Made by a program: the position numbers and the translations under genes
DNA from: an uncultured Lachnospiraceae bacterium
GTDB taxonomy: Bacteria; Bacillota; Clostridia; Lachnospirales; Lachnospiraceae
DNA: 64,000 nt
Direction of reading: 5' to 3'
NCBI GenBank assembly: GCA_910586275.1
Contig: CAJUIM010000002.1
Span: 3,832 to 67,831, forward strand
Shown: piece by piece, positions 1 to 8,742 of the stretch
Numbering within the stretch: the stretch's first letter is position 1
How the letters are laid out: every line of letters begins with the position of its first letter
Notes under the pieces: model-generated
What the model was told of the DNA's origin: nothing
What the model saw: the letters and a program-made list of their open reading frames with translations, nothing else
Databases searched by the model: none

Positions 1-387
1 CTCCGGCTGGCTGTCCTTGACCTGGCTTTCCAGCTTCAGGAGTTCGATTTCAAGCTTCTTATTGTCAATATTGCGTTTCAATATCTCACGCCCTGCGTTC
101 ATGCGGTCAGCGGCAGATAAGTCAAGCCCAAAAGCATCTTTTTCTTCGTTTCGCAATATCCTTGTAAAGAACTGCATTACCTCCGAAACATCAGCTATAC
201 GGCTATCCTCTATCTGCTTTTGTCGTTCAGCTATATAGGCAGAAATGGACGGTTTTGACAAGTTTTCCGTTGCTATCTGCCTTGCGCTTTTCTCATTATA
301 TCCTGCCTTTCTAGCCGCTTCTGTCGCATTTCCGCATTTCAGATATTCGTCCGCAAACGCTTTCTGCCTTGGAGTTAGCTTATCCAT
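1..387 (-). CDS. terS: Terminase small subunit (3' end outside window)
   Basis: Manual translation MDKLTPRQKAFADEYLKCGNATEAARKAGYNEKSARQIATENLSKPSI matches the Terminase_2 N-terminal HTH pattern; missing from the ORF track because it runs off the edge. Confidence 0.9.
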   Translation of the reverse strand, partial: MDKLTPRQKAFADEYLKCGNATEAARKAGYNEKSARQIATENLSKPSISAYIAERQKQIEDSRIADVSEVMQFFTRILRNEEKDAFGLDLSAADRMNAGREILKRNIDNKKLEIELLKLESQVKDSQPE

Positions 388-414
388 GTTCCACCGCCCA
401 TACAATCACCTATT

Positions 415-705
415 TCATTCAATGCCGCCGGATTTTACTATTTCAATTGCATCCTTCAGTTCTATAAACTGTCCAAATTCATCTGGACTTGCATATAATA
501 CTTTATCTTCTGGAATAGACACGCTTTCCAACCGCTCCACAACCTTGTCCACATCATAGGCGGTAGGCTGTTCATCAACCATATTTGAAATAGATTTCTT
601 TGTTTCTTCCATGATTATAATCGCCATAGCATTAGACGGTCCTGTAATTCTCATAGAAAAGCTGTTTATTTCTTCTAAGAGTAAATCTACGTCAATCAGT
701 CTCAT
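415..705 (-). CDS. Phage hypothetical protein (MRLIDxD-type)
   Basis: MRLIDVD...EQPTAYDVDKVVE pattern common in Clostridia phages. Confidence 0.7.
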   Translation of the reverse strand: MRLIDVDLLLEEINSFSMRITGPSNAMAIIIMEETKKSISNMVDEQPTAYDVDKVVERLESVSIPEDKVLYASPDEFGQFIELKDAIEIVKSGGIE

Positions 706-748
706 TCTTCCTTTTCTCCCGTTCTCCAGAAAACCATTTTAATAATAA

Positions 749-964
749 TTAATTATCTGATTTTAGCACTCCAACCAAATTAATGATTTCAAAAAGTCTA
801 TCCGATCCCTTTGTAATTACAATTATTCCATTTTGCATAGCTTCTTTCAATTTATTAGTTATAATTTCTTTTGTACATTCAACACCTTCTACAAATCCCA
901 TTACATGGCTTTCCTTTTTCTCTCTTTCAATCCTACTTTCATTCTTTTTCATCTTCAGCCTCAT
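749..964 (-). CDS. Phage hypothetical protein
   Basis: Co-oriented ORF overlapping the upstream gene; start uncertain. Confidence 0.5.
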   Translation of the reverse strand: MRLKMKKNESRIEREKKESHVMGFVEGVECTKEIITNKLKEAMQNGIIVITKGSDRLFEIINLVGVLKSDN

Positions 965-1202
965 TCCACTTCCCAGCAAACCACTTCAACACTTCCACCT
1001 GCGAACAGTTATTCAGCAGTTCCACATCTTTCGCCGACATTTCTCCGTTTTTCTTACGGTATGGCTGTTTCTGCGTGATGCGGTAGCCGGTAATCATGCG
1101 ATGCTGCTGTTCGGAGAAGAATTGGTATGTGTTTATTTTATAGATATATCCACGCTGTATCAGTGCTTTTTGGAGTTTGTTTATGGTTGCTTTGATATTC
1201 AT
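939..1202 (-). CDS. Phage hypothetical protein
   Basis: 87 aa ORF coupled (ATGA overlap) to the upstream gene. Confidence 0.65.
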   Translation of the reverse strand: MNIKATINKLQKALIQRGYIYKINTYQFFSEQQHRMITGYRITQKQPYRKKNGEMSAKDVELLNNCSQVEVLKWFAGKWNEAEDEKE

Positions 1203-1537
1203 TTTTGATTACTTTCCCATTCATCAATCATAGACAATGTTTTGTTACACTGATTGATAGATTCATTAGCAGAAGCAATATTCTGTTTTTCTCTTGCAAT
1301 TCTATATTTCATTTTTCCGCGAAACACATTGGCAACCTTTTGGATATTATTTTCTGTCAAAACAACGATATTATCACCATATCCAATCAGTTCTCCAATA
1401 TCTTCTTTCTTGACACAGCACCTGTAAAACCCTGACGGAAACCTATCAACAGGTTTATATGTCTTTGGCTTTTCCTCAACTTCGCATTCTGCACATCTGA
1501 TTTTTCCTGTTTCTAAAAAATAAAAATATAGTTTCAT
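1199..1537 (-). CDS. Phage hypothetical protein
   Basis: Likely start MKLYFYF with a purine-rich RBS. Confidence 0.6.
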   Translation of the reverse strand: MKLYFYFLETGKIRCAECEVEEKPKTYKPVDRFPSGFYRCCVKKEDIGELIGYGDNIVVLTENNIQKVANVFRGKMKYRIAREKQNIASANESINQCNKTLSMIDEWESNQK

Positions 1538-1647
1538 TTCCCTATCCTTTCCCTCCATTCTCCCCCTAAATCCCCTAATGATACTCGAAAGAGAATTTAG
1601 AGGGATAATTATATTGTACTCTATACTTGAAAAAGATTTGTACCATT

Positions 1648-2460
1648 TTATTTTGGCGGTTTCCAATCGGTGCAATCAATGATGCCTATATCCATATTTT
1701 CTTTTCTGATTTTCTTTAATCTGGAATAAACAGTATTTAAATTTATTCCAGTAAGTTCGCTTAATTCTATAGGACTTACCTTTTTTCCTTTATACGAAAC
1801 CCTAATAGATTTCTGCATATTACTCATTTGCTCTGCCTTTGTTATCCAACGGCAGTTGGACGGTTCATAGTTTCCGTCATTGTCTATTCGGTCAATAGTA
1901 AGTCCGTCTTTGTATCCGTTCTTCTTTGCCCATTCGTAGAAATGCCGACAACCATTTTCGCCAATCCATTCATCACACATCTTTATTCCTCTGCCACCGT
2001 AATGCTTATAATAATCAACATTTTCGTTGTAACATCTTGTGTGCATTCCAGCCCATATACGCTGTATTCTTTTATCAATCTTTTCTTCGCCCTTTCTGAA
2101 ATTTCCGCAACCACAAGATTTTATATTTCCAGTCCTTAGATTGTTTGAACTGACAATAGTTTCATTTCCGCAGTCACATACGCATTTCCAAGCTATTTTC
2201 CCGTCTTTGGTTCTGCCCGCCCTCTCTCTAACCGTTAAATGCCCGTATTTTTGTCCTGTTAGGTCAAGTGGACGAAATTCATTGCACCCACAAGATTTTG
2301 TTCTTCCAAGCCTTAGACAATCTGACCTAACAACGCATTCGTTCCCACAGTCGCACACGCATTTCCATATTGCTTTTCTTTCTTCGTTAGTACCAACTCT
2401 TTCAATGACTGTCAGATGCCCGAACCTCTGTCCTGTCATATCAATCGCTTTTCTTCCCAT
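1648..2460 (-). CDS. HNH-type endonuclease with two tandem Cys-rich repeats
   Basis: Two D(M/L)TGQxxGHLTVxER...WKCVCDCGNE...KSCGC repeats, then YGGRGI and LTIDRIDNDGNYEPSNCRW HNH motifs. Confidence 0.85.
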   Translation of the reverse strand: MGRKAIDMTGQRFGHLTVIERVGTNEERKAIWKCVCDCGNECVVRSDCLRLGRTKSCGCNEFRPLDLTGQKYGHLTVRERAGRTKDGKIAWKCVCDCGNETIVSSNNLRTGNIKSCGCGNFRKGEEKIDKRIQRIWAGMHTRCYNENVDYYKHYGGRGIKMCDEWIGENGCRHFYEWAKKNGYKDGLTIDRIDNDGNYEPSNCRWITKAEQMSNMQKSIRVSYKGKKVSPIELSELTGINLNTVYSRLKKIRKENMDIGIIDCTDWKPPK

Positions 2461-2692
2461 TCTTCTCACCGTCCTTTCGCAAATTCTCAAAAGCGCAGTT
2501 TGTCAGCTTTATCAGTTCGTTTAACACATCACCCGAAATATCCTCAAGCAAGGTAAACGCCCATTCAAAATCTTCTGCTGAAAACTCCTTTTGACGGTAA
2601 ATCGCCGCAAACAGAGTAGTCTGCAAGCTGTTGATTTGCTCCATTGCATACCGCAGTTCCTCAATCTTAAAAGTCATTTCTCTTTGTGACAT
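2441..2692 (-). CDS. Phage hypothetical protein
   Basis: 83 aa ORF with an AGGAGG RBS. Confidence 0.65.
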   Translation of the reverse strand: MSQREMTFKIEELRYAMEQINSLQTTLFAAIYRQKEFSAEDFEWAFTLLEDISGDVLNELIKLTNCAFENLRKDGEKNGKKSD

Positions 2693-2712
2693 GGTATGTA
2701 CCTCCTATTTAT

Positions 2713-2767
2713 TACGTGCGCATTGCACGTATATTTCATTTTCATTATAGCGTACAATATGCACGTA
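2713..2767. promoter_or_regulatory. Two putative operators TACGTGC-N5-GCACGTA between divergent genes
   Basis: Perfect palindrome at 2713-2731, imperfect copy at 2749-2767. Confidence 0.6.
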
Positions 2768-2795
2768 AGTCAAGTAAAATTTATGGAGGTGTACC

Positions 2796-3029
2796 ATGTT
2801 CAACAAAAGGCTTCGTGAAATGCGTATGAAACGGGGATTCACTCAACAAAACATGGCTGATTCTATCAATGTGGCTTTACGGTCTTACCAATGCTATGAA
2901 ACGGGTACTCGCAATCCGTCATTTGATTTATTGATACAAATTGCAGATACCTTAAACACTTCTACGGATTATCTTCTCGGTCGAGACGATTATTTGAAAT
3001 CTCTCGGAGTTTCCGTTGATGAATGTTAA
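2796..3029 (+). CDS. XRE-family HTH regulator
   Basis: RLREMR...TQQNMA...YQCYETGTRNPS...IADTLNTSTDYLLGR; GGAGG RBS. Confidence 0.9.
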   Translation: MFNKRLREMRMKRGFTQQNMADSINVALRSYQCYETGTRNPSFDLLIQIADTLNTSTDYLLGRDDYLKSLGVSVDEC

Positions 3030-3183
3030 ATAAATCTTCAAGGTTATCCCATATCTCAAAATCTCCCGTTCTACTGCCTTGTTCTATGTTCTGATAATAT
3101 CTAAGGCTTATGCCTATCTTATCCGCCACTTGCTGTTGTGTCATGCTGGCGTCTTTTCTAGCATTTCTCAAATTTTCTCTCAT
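2962..3183 (-). CDS. XRE-family HTH regulator
   Basis: LRNARKDASMTQQQVADKIGISLRYYQNIEQGSR. Confidence 0.85.
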   Translation of the reverse strand: MRENLRNARKDASMTQQQVADKIGISLRYYQNIEQGSRTGDFEIWDNLEDLFNIHQRKLREISNNRLDREDNP

Positions 3184-4307
3184 TTACCTATCCTCCGCAT
3201 TTCTTTGTCAAAGCACGCTATGAAGTACCGTCTGCAACCGTAGAAGTCAGTTCTGCCATAACATATTCTTCCAAGTTTTTCATCAAATTCCAATTTGTCA
3301 TAACTTTTATTTTCAACGATTGATTTTATTAAATACTCTGCAATCATTTTATTGGCTGTATGAGCCGCCTGACGCGCTACAGAGGTATATCTGCCGGACA
3401 GTATGTACTCTGTTAGTTGCCGGTAACGCTCTTTGCTTATGCCGTAATATTGCCAAGAATGCCGAGGTGCTGAGTGACTCTGCAAACTAATCGGTTCACT
3501 GACTTCCCCCCACTGCTCCGACATCGCCCTTGCAATACCAGGGAATGTCTTTGACCTAGTCTTGGGATCTCTTTCTTTTCTCCCCTGAAACCTCCGATAA
3601 TTCCCGTGTGCGTCCTTGCATCCGCCATTGATGTAAGGCTCATGATACTCCAGTATTTCCATCGGTTTTAACTTCGGCAGACCTTTCAGCCACAGGCAGG
3701 TTCGCTTGCTGTACGGGTGCCCAAACTCATAAGGCTGTATTATCTGGGTATATGGCGGCAGTCCTATCAGTTTCATGGGCACAGGGTTTTCAATGGCTAT
3801 CTTTTCGCAATCAGCGCTCATAATCCGCATAAAAAATAATTTCGCCTCCATCGCCTTTTGATAGCGTTCCTGCACGATTTCTCCTTTCACCCTCATTCTT
3901 ACCGCCCCTGCATTAGTCATATATGTGCAAGGAGGAAAAGCAATAATCATATCCCACTTTCCGTCAATCCTATGCACCACGCCGTCCACCGTCTCAAAGT
4001 TGCACTCCCCGTCCAGCAGGGGCAGCACATCAGCCTGTATGTGCCATTCTGGGTGCCCGCCGGAACAAGGCTCTATGTCACAGGAGTAGGCTTCATGCCC
4101 AAGGCGCCGGAACTCAATGCAGACGCGCTGGCTTTCCTCGCAGGCCACCAGCACGCGCATATGATGCCCTGCGTCCTGCTCGAAAATGCTCAACTGCCTA
4201 AAGCCGCTGTAATTCTCGCACGCCTCTTTTTTCCCTGTGCAGTTTTTACGGTTGCAGCATGTATTCAAGCATGTCTGGCACAGGCAAGTGTGGCATTTCC
4301 TTCGCAT
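3180..4307 (-). CDS. Chimeric phage protein containing a DNA cytosine methyltransferase domain
   Basis: VLVACEESQ, AYSCDI, catalytic FPPC, IENP and SKTFPGIARAM motifs, flanked by a Cys-rich N-terminus and an unrelated C-terminal domain. Confidence 0.8.
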   Translation of the reverse strand: MRRKCHTCLCQTCLNTCCNRKNCTGKKEACENYSGFRQLSIFEQDAGHHMRVLVACEESQRVCIEFRRLGHEAYSCDIEPCSGGHPEWHIQADVLPLLDGECNFETVDGVVHRIDGKWDMIIAFPPCTYMTNAGAVRMRVKGEIVQERYQKAMEAKLFFMRIMSADCEKIAIENPVPMKLIGLPPYTQIIQPYEFGHPYSKRTCLWLKGLPKLKPMEILEYHEPYINGGCKDAHGNYRRFQGRKERDPKTRSKTFPGIARAMSEQWGEVSEPISLQSHSAPRHSWQYYGISKERYRQLTEYILSGRYTSVARQAAHTANKMIAEYLIKSIVENKSYDKLEFDEKLGRICYGRTDFYGCRRYFIACFDKEMRRIGK

Positions 4308-4319
4308 TGCATCACCGCC

Positions 4320-4502
4320 TTAATTCTTTTCCACAAATCTGACAGGTTCAAAACCGCAATAATTATTCTCTGTTTTCGCCCCAAACATAGTCGTACATCT
4401 TATAACGTGTATGCAATCAGCGCATGTTTTTCCTTCTGGCAAATCCATACACTGTCGTTTACAATTATGGGCTTTATAATAATCACATCTACTACATTCC
4501 AT
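4320..4502 (-). CDS. Small Cys-rich phage protein
   Basis: 60 aa with two CxxC motifs and further Cys residues. Confidence 0.65.
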   Translation of the reverse strand: MECSRCDYYKAHNCKRQCMDLPEGKTCADCIHVIRCTTMFGAKTENNYCGFEPVRFVEKN

Positions 4503-4579
4503 TTCCCTTATTCCTCCTTTTCCTGCACAACTGCGGGCAGTTTTTCATATGCACAGCCATTTTCAACAATCGTTCCGTC

Positions 4580-5425
4580 TCACGGGTTATAAAGCAGCTT
4601 CCTTTCCAAATTCCCAAAATCATACTCTCTCTGTGGAAAACTATTAAAATTATTCTTTGACTTTCCAGGTACAGTATTCGCATAATTCACATCCAGATAG
4701 TCTACATATCCACTGTTAAAAAATGTGCTACCGTTCTGGTATTGCAGGTAGTCTATGCTGTCAACATACTGCTTGTACCTCTCTATTGCTCTTGACATTT
4801 CGTCAAAGCCAATCTTAAGGAGCTTTAATTTTTTAGCGTCAGATACCTGCCCTTTTCCTTTCTTAACTGGATACAGTTTCCATAGTCTTTCAAAAAGTGC
4901 CAAAGCTTCAGTTTTGCACATACTGTTTTTATCATTACCTTTACTTACCTTACCTTCCCTTATGTCATTTCTGCATACATTTTTTTGATTTATGCATACA
5001 GAAACGTCATTTTCGTATACAACACCCTCAATTTTGTCAACACTAACCAGAAGGTACTGTTTTTTTACAAGGATTTCTTTGCGCCTTTTTGCTGCATCAA
5101 AGTATTGCGTCTGTATCCTTGCCGATGTGAGGATGGAGTAGTCCTCATGCATCTTGGCATCAAATATGCCGTTATTTAAGCACCTTTTCACTATCTCATT
5201 TATTAAACTGACAGTCACGCCGCTGTTCCCACCAAACCAGTTTGACAAAAACAGCAACGGACTTCTTTCAATCCATTCACAGTAGTAACCCTTTTCGGCG
5301 TATATCTTTTGCCAGAGCCGGACTACTACTGCAAACCCTTTTACTCCATATTCTGCTTCGATTTCAGAGATATTATCGTTAGTGCGACAATCTAAGAGAA
5401 AACTTGGGATTCCCTCCTTAGCCAC
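4580..5425 (-). CDS. DUF4373-type phage replication initiator
   Basis: IEAEYGVKGF...KIYAEKGYY, LTSARIQ, FERLWKLYP, STFFN and NNFNSFPQREYDF tail. Confidence 0.8.
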   Translation of the reverse strand: MAKEGIPSFLLDCRTNDNISEIEAEYGVKGFAVVVRLWQKIYAEKGYYCEWIERSPLLFLSNWFGGNSGVTVSLINEIVKRCLNNGIFDAKMHEDYSILTSARIQTQYFDAAKRRKEILVKKQYLLVSVDKIEGVVYENDVSVCINQKNVCRNDIREGKVSKGNDKNSMCKTEALALFERLWKLYPVKKGKGQVSDAKKLKLLKIGFDEMSRAIERYKQYVDSIDYLQYQNGSTFFNSGYVDYLDVNYANTVPGKSKNNFNSFPQREYDFGNLERKLLYNP

Positions 5426-5428
5426 CGC

Positions 5429-5800
5429 TTATACCTCCTTGATTATTACCTCAATCCGTGGATTTTCCTTATCCACCTCAAACCTGTCGGAAAATCCGAC
5501 AACATGCTTCCAGCCATCATCTTTTAGTACCCCAGTACTCACAAGCGCATCCTGGATCACTTTCCGACCAAACGACGAAATATTGTCTTTATCGCGCCGC
5601 CTACTCGACTCTACCCATGTGTACTCCATGAATACCGGTTTCTCAATCCTCACGCCCCTCAGGTACTGCCTGATTGCCACAGCAACAATATTTCCACTGT
5701 CTGCCTTCATCTTGGCTCCTTTGTGGCGGTTTGTGCGCTCTGCGGCTATGTAGTCGTTGAGGTTTGGGAGCGCGCCGTGGATTGTCAGTAAATATTCCAT
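5429..5800 (-). CDS. rusA: RusA-like Holliday junction resolvase
   Basis: RRRDKDN...KVIQDAL...GVLKDD...DKENPRIEV. Confidence 0.8.
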   Translation of the reverse strand: MEYLLTIHGALPNLNDYIAAERTNRHKGAKMKADSGNIVAVAIRQYLRGVRIEKPVFMEYTWVESSRRRDKDNISSFGRKVIQDALVSTGVLKDDGWKHVVGFSDRFEVDKENPRIEVIIKEV

Positions 5801-5943
5801 CAGTCTTTCTCCACGAACTCTTCACAACTATCCCTGTATTCTGTAGGAAGTGCGTGATTTTCGCTTTCTTCGCATTTACAGACAAATTCTTTCTCATTCC
5901 TGTCATATTTGCTAAATTCACAGTTTCCACAACATCTACTCAT
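5800..5943 (-). CDS. 47 aa Cys-rich phage protein
   Basis: Manual translation MSRCCGNCEFSKYD...DSCEEFVEKD; AGGAGG RBS; TGATG coupling to rusA. Confidence 0.7.
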   Translation of the reverse strand: MSRCCGNCEFSKYDRNEKEFVCKCEESENHALPTEYRDSCEEFVEKD

Positions 5944-6033
5944 GGTTTCCTCCTTTCCGGCGGCAGATACCAACCCTGCCGCCGCTTTATTTCGTGATAT
6001 ATCGCATGAATAAATACTAAGGTTGATAGTTGC

Positions 6034-7593
6034 CTAATTCTCCAAATATTCCTCCAGACAAGCTGTATAATCTACGCTACCGCGCTCTTTGCCCCACTCC
6101 GTCCAGAAATCTATGGTCTTACTCTGCGGCCGCTCCTTTGCAAACTCCACATGGATTTTAAGTGGTATCGGGCAGGCATCCCCGACCACAAGGCAGTCAC
6201 CGGGACTGAACATGGTAGTCGTTTCAATTACATCCGCACTGCCGGCCGGCATCATGCCCTTAATCATACTCTTGTCATTCTCGTTGTTGAGTTTCATTAC
6301 GATGTAGTTCGCACACTGAGCCATGATGGTCTTATTAAGCTCCGACGGCCTCTGTGACGCTACAAACAGCGTGATTCCGAACTTCCTACCCTCTTTGGCG
6401 ATATTCTCGAAAATCTCTACCATGCGCCGCTGTGCTGCCGATAGCTGAAAGTCTGTCGGTATGTAAACGTGCGCTTCATCACAAACAAAAGTGATCGGAC
6501 GAGCGTCCTTCTGCATAATCTGGATATTGTAAATCAACTTCGTTATTGTGCCGATAATCAGCACTGCAATGTCGTGCGGTATGCCAGACAGGTCAATGTT
6601 CTTTACTGGCTTGTTGCCTCCCATGATGCGGTTTAGAAAAATATTAAGTGCGCCCTGTTCTTCATCAAGGAATAAAAATTCATATCGACTATCAGAAAAC
6701 AGTGTTTCCATTGCACTTACAAGAGAAGATAATTTCCCGTTATATTCCCCTTTGACTGTCCTTTCCTGCCCTGCTTTATCACCTGTCTTGTAAAACTCTC
6801 CTGTCCCGACATTTTCAGCATTGAGATTCTGTATATACTTCATTGCTGTATAAAAATCAAAACGGCACGGTTTATTTTCATTTCCTTTCGGGTTCTGTTC
6901 GTAGAATGCTTTTCTCAATGCAGACATCAGCACTGTCGATTCTTCCTTTACCTTCAGCAGATTTGACACCAAACTTTGAAATCCAAGAAACCAAGAAGTA
7001 AATGGAACGTTCACACCGATTTTTATATTGTCCACATAAGATAACTGGCTGTATTCTCCGTGGATATCGAATATGACAATGTTCGCCCCAGGCAGCTTTG
7101 CGGTTTCTTCCACAATCTTTGTGACCGTTTCGGACTTGCCGCAGCCGGTATTGCCGACAATGCAGGAGTGGCGCTGATAGAATTTGTTGCCGTCAAGCCT
7201 TGCCATTGTTCCGTATCCTGCGTAAGTTCCAATTTCAAAAATGCTTTCTTTTTTATCGGGCGCAAGCATAAAATAAAGCACTGTCTGACTTATTTTTTTA
7301 ATCTCAACATCCGTACTCGGATATCGGTCTATCTGCTGCTTAAACTCTCCGTCAATTACACTTCCCAGAATGGAACACTCAATCACTTTCAAAGACGGCT
7401 GCTGCAATTCCTCCATAATGGCATTGTCATCCATTCGTGTTTCCACGTCATTGTCCGTGATGGCGATTATCATGGTCACAAGTTCCACTCCTCCATCTGA
7501 TACGGATATCAGGTCATTCAGACGGACGTTTTTAAATTCTGCATCATCCGTCCTGATTTGTATTTTGTTGGGTAATACTTTTACCAATTTCAT
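6034..7593 (-). CDS. HerA/DUF87-family ATPase
   Basis: HAS-barrel-like N-terminus, Walker A GNTGCGKS, IFDIHGEY, Walker B FVCDEAH, EGRKFG and ASQRPSEL. Confidence 0.9.
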   Translation of the reverse strand: MKLVKVLPNKIQIRTDDAEFKNVRLNDLISVSDGGVELVTMIIAITDNDVETRMDDNAIMEELQQPSLKVIECSILGSVIDGEFKQQIDRYPSTDVEIKKISQTVLYFMLAPDKKESIFEIGTYAGYGTMARLDGNKFYQRHSCIVGNTGCGKSETVTKIVEETAKLPGANIVIFDIHGEYSQLSYVDNIKIGVNVPFTSWFLGFQSLVSNLLKVKEESTVLMSALRKAFYEQNPKGNENKPCRFDFYTAMKYIQNLNAENVGTGEFYKTGDKAGQERTVKGEYNGKLSSLVSAMETLFSDSRYEFLFLDEEQGALNIFLNRIMGGNKPVKNIDLSGIPHDIAVLIIGTITKLIYNIQIMQKDARPITFVCDEAHVYIPTDFQLSAAQRRMVEIFENIAKEGRKFGITLFVASQRPSELNKTIMAQCANYIVMKLNNENDKSMIKGMMPAGSADVIETTTMFSPGDCLVVGDACPIPLKIHVEFAKERPQSKTIDFWTEWGKERGSVDYTACLEEYLEN

Positions 7594-7597
7594 TCCC

Positions 7598-8338
7598 CTA
7601 TACCTCCAATAATTCCGAATAATTCCTTATTCTTGCCTTTTTCACACTTTTACAGTAGTCACACACGCCGCAGTAATGCGGCTCTTCTTCCTCCGATTTT
7701 ACAGCTATGAACCGTGGCATATTCCTCTCAATCTCCCGGAGTGCCATGTCAAGCGTCGGCTGATCGATCTGGAAAATGTCAAAGTTTGTGACCACCTCCT
7801 TTGTGGCTGCTGCCAAATAGAAAGGAAGCCTGCCGTAGCTGTTTACTTCTACCCCTGCCTGGTACACTGCCCCTTGCAGGTCATACCGCCAAAATGCAAG
7901 GCTCTTGAAATTCTGCACCACTTTTAAATCAGTGATGCAGATACCCTCAACAAAACTATCCATCCGCATTTTCCACGGAACACCAAACATTTCGAATGTG
8001 AGAGTTTTCTGTTTCTCCCCGCTCATATATTGCATAAAACGCTCGTCCCGCTGAACCCGCTTGATTATCTGGTTAGCCTTGCGGAAATCCGCTCTTAAAG
8101 CACCGTTGCGGCAGTAGAATACATTCGGGGATTCCTCGCGCAGTTTGTCCAAGGTCCCCTCAAACCAACGGTCAACCAAAGTTCCGATCAGCATAGCTTT
8201 TGTTGTAGGCTGCTCAAACTCGCCGCGGATTTTCGCAAGTGCCAAAGCTTCGCACTTGCGAAAATCCTTGTACTGGCTCACACTGAAATACTCCTGATTG
8301 CTCTCTTTTGAGTAGTAGTTATCATCATTCAGTTTCAT
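7598..8338 (-). CDS. PD-(D/E)XK exonuclease, DUF3799/RecE-like
   Basis: YFSVSQYKDF, MLIGTLVD, WKMRMD...ITDLK, YDLQGAVY, CGVCDYC. Confidence 0.85.
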   Translation of the reverse strand: MKLNDDNYYSKESNQEYFSVSQYKDFRKCEALALAKIRGEFEQPTTKAMLIGTLVDRWFEGTLDKLREESPNVFYCRNGALRADFRKANQIIKRVQRDERFMQYMSGEKQKTLTFEMFGVPWKMRMDSFVEGICITDLKVVQNFKSLAFWRYDLQGAVYQAGVEVNSYGRLPFYLAAATKEVVTNFDIFQIDQPTLDMALREIERNMPRFIAVKSEEEEPHYCGVCDYCKSVKKARIRNYSELLEV

Positions 8339-8732
8339 CTTCTACCACCCTTTCTGCAAACAAATATTCAAACGTCTGACCCGTTATTTCAAGAATTTTC
8401 TTAATGTCCTTCATGGAAATTTTGGTATAACCGTACAATCTATTTCTTATCAATGCGGTGTTTTTACTTTTATATCCCATTTTTTCTTGAAGGTCAGAAA
8501 TAGTCATTCCATTTTCAAACATCCACTTTGCGAGATTGGGAAATATAATATCTGCATCAAGTCTTCCGCTGTATGAACGGCCTCCGTTTGACAAAACGTT
8601 TAATTCCTGTTGCACATATTGCTTGCTGACATTATATTTTTCCGCAATATCCCGCATGGAATATCCATCAAGCCGCATCTGTGCCATCCCAAGAACTCTT
8701 TCTTTGTTTTCTGGTTTTGCGCTACTTCTCAT
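8325..8732 (-). CDS. Protein with two HTH-like domains
   Basis: GYSMRDIAEKYNVSKQYV and an XRE-like FPNLAKWM...TFEYLF segment; GAGGTG RBS. Confidence 0.7.
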   Translation of the reverse strand: MRSSAKPENKERVLGMAQMRLDGYSMRDIAEKYNVSKQYVQQELNVLSNGGRSYSGRLDADIIFPNLAKWMFENGMTISDLQEKMGYKSKNTALIRNRLYGYTKISMKDIKKILEITGQTFEYLFAERVVEDETE

Positions 8733-8742
8733 CTGCACCACC

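Noticed and set aside
6034..7593. Complete Sir2-HerA or HerA-DUF4297 defence system
   Set aside because: No effector partner recognisable, and the gene lies in the lytic operon
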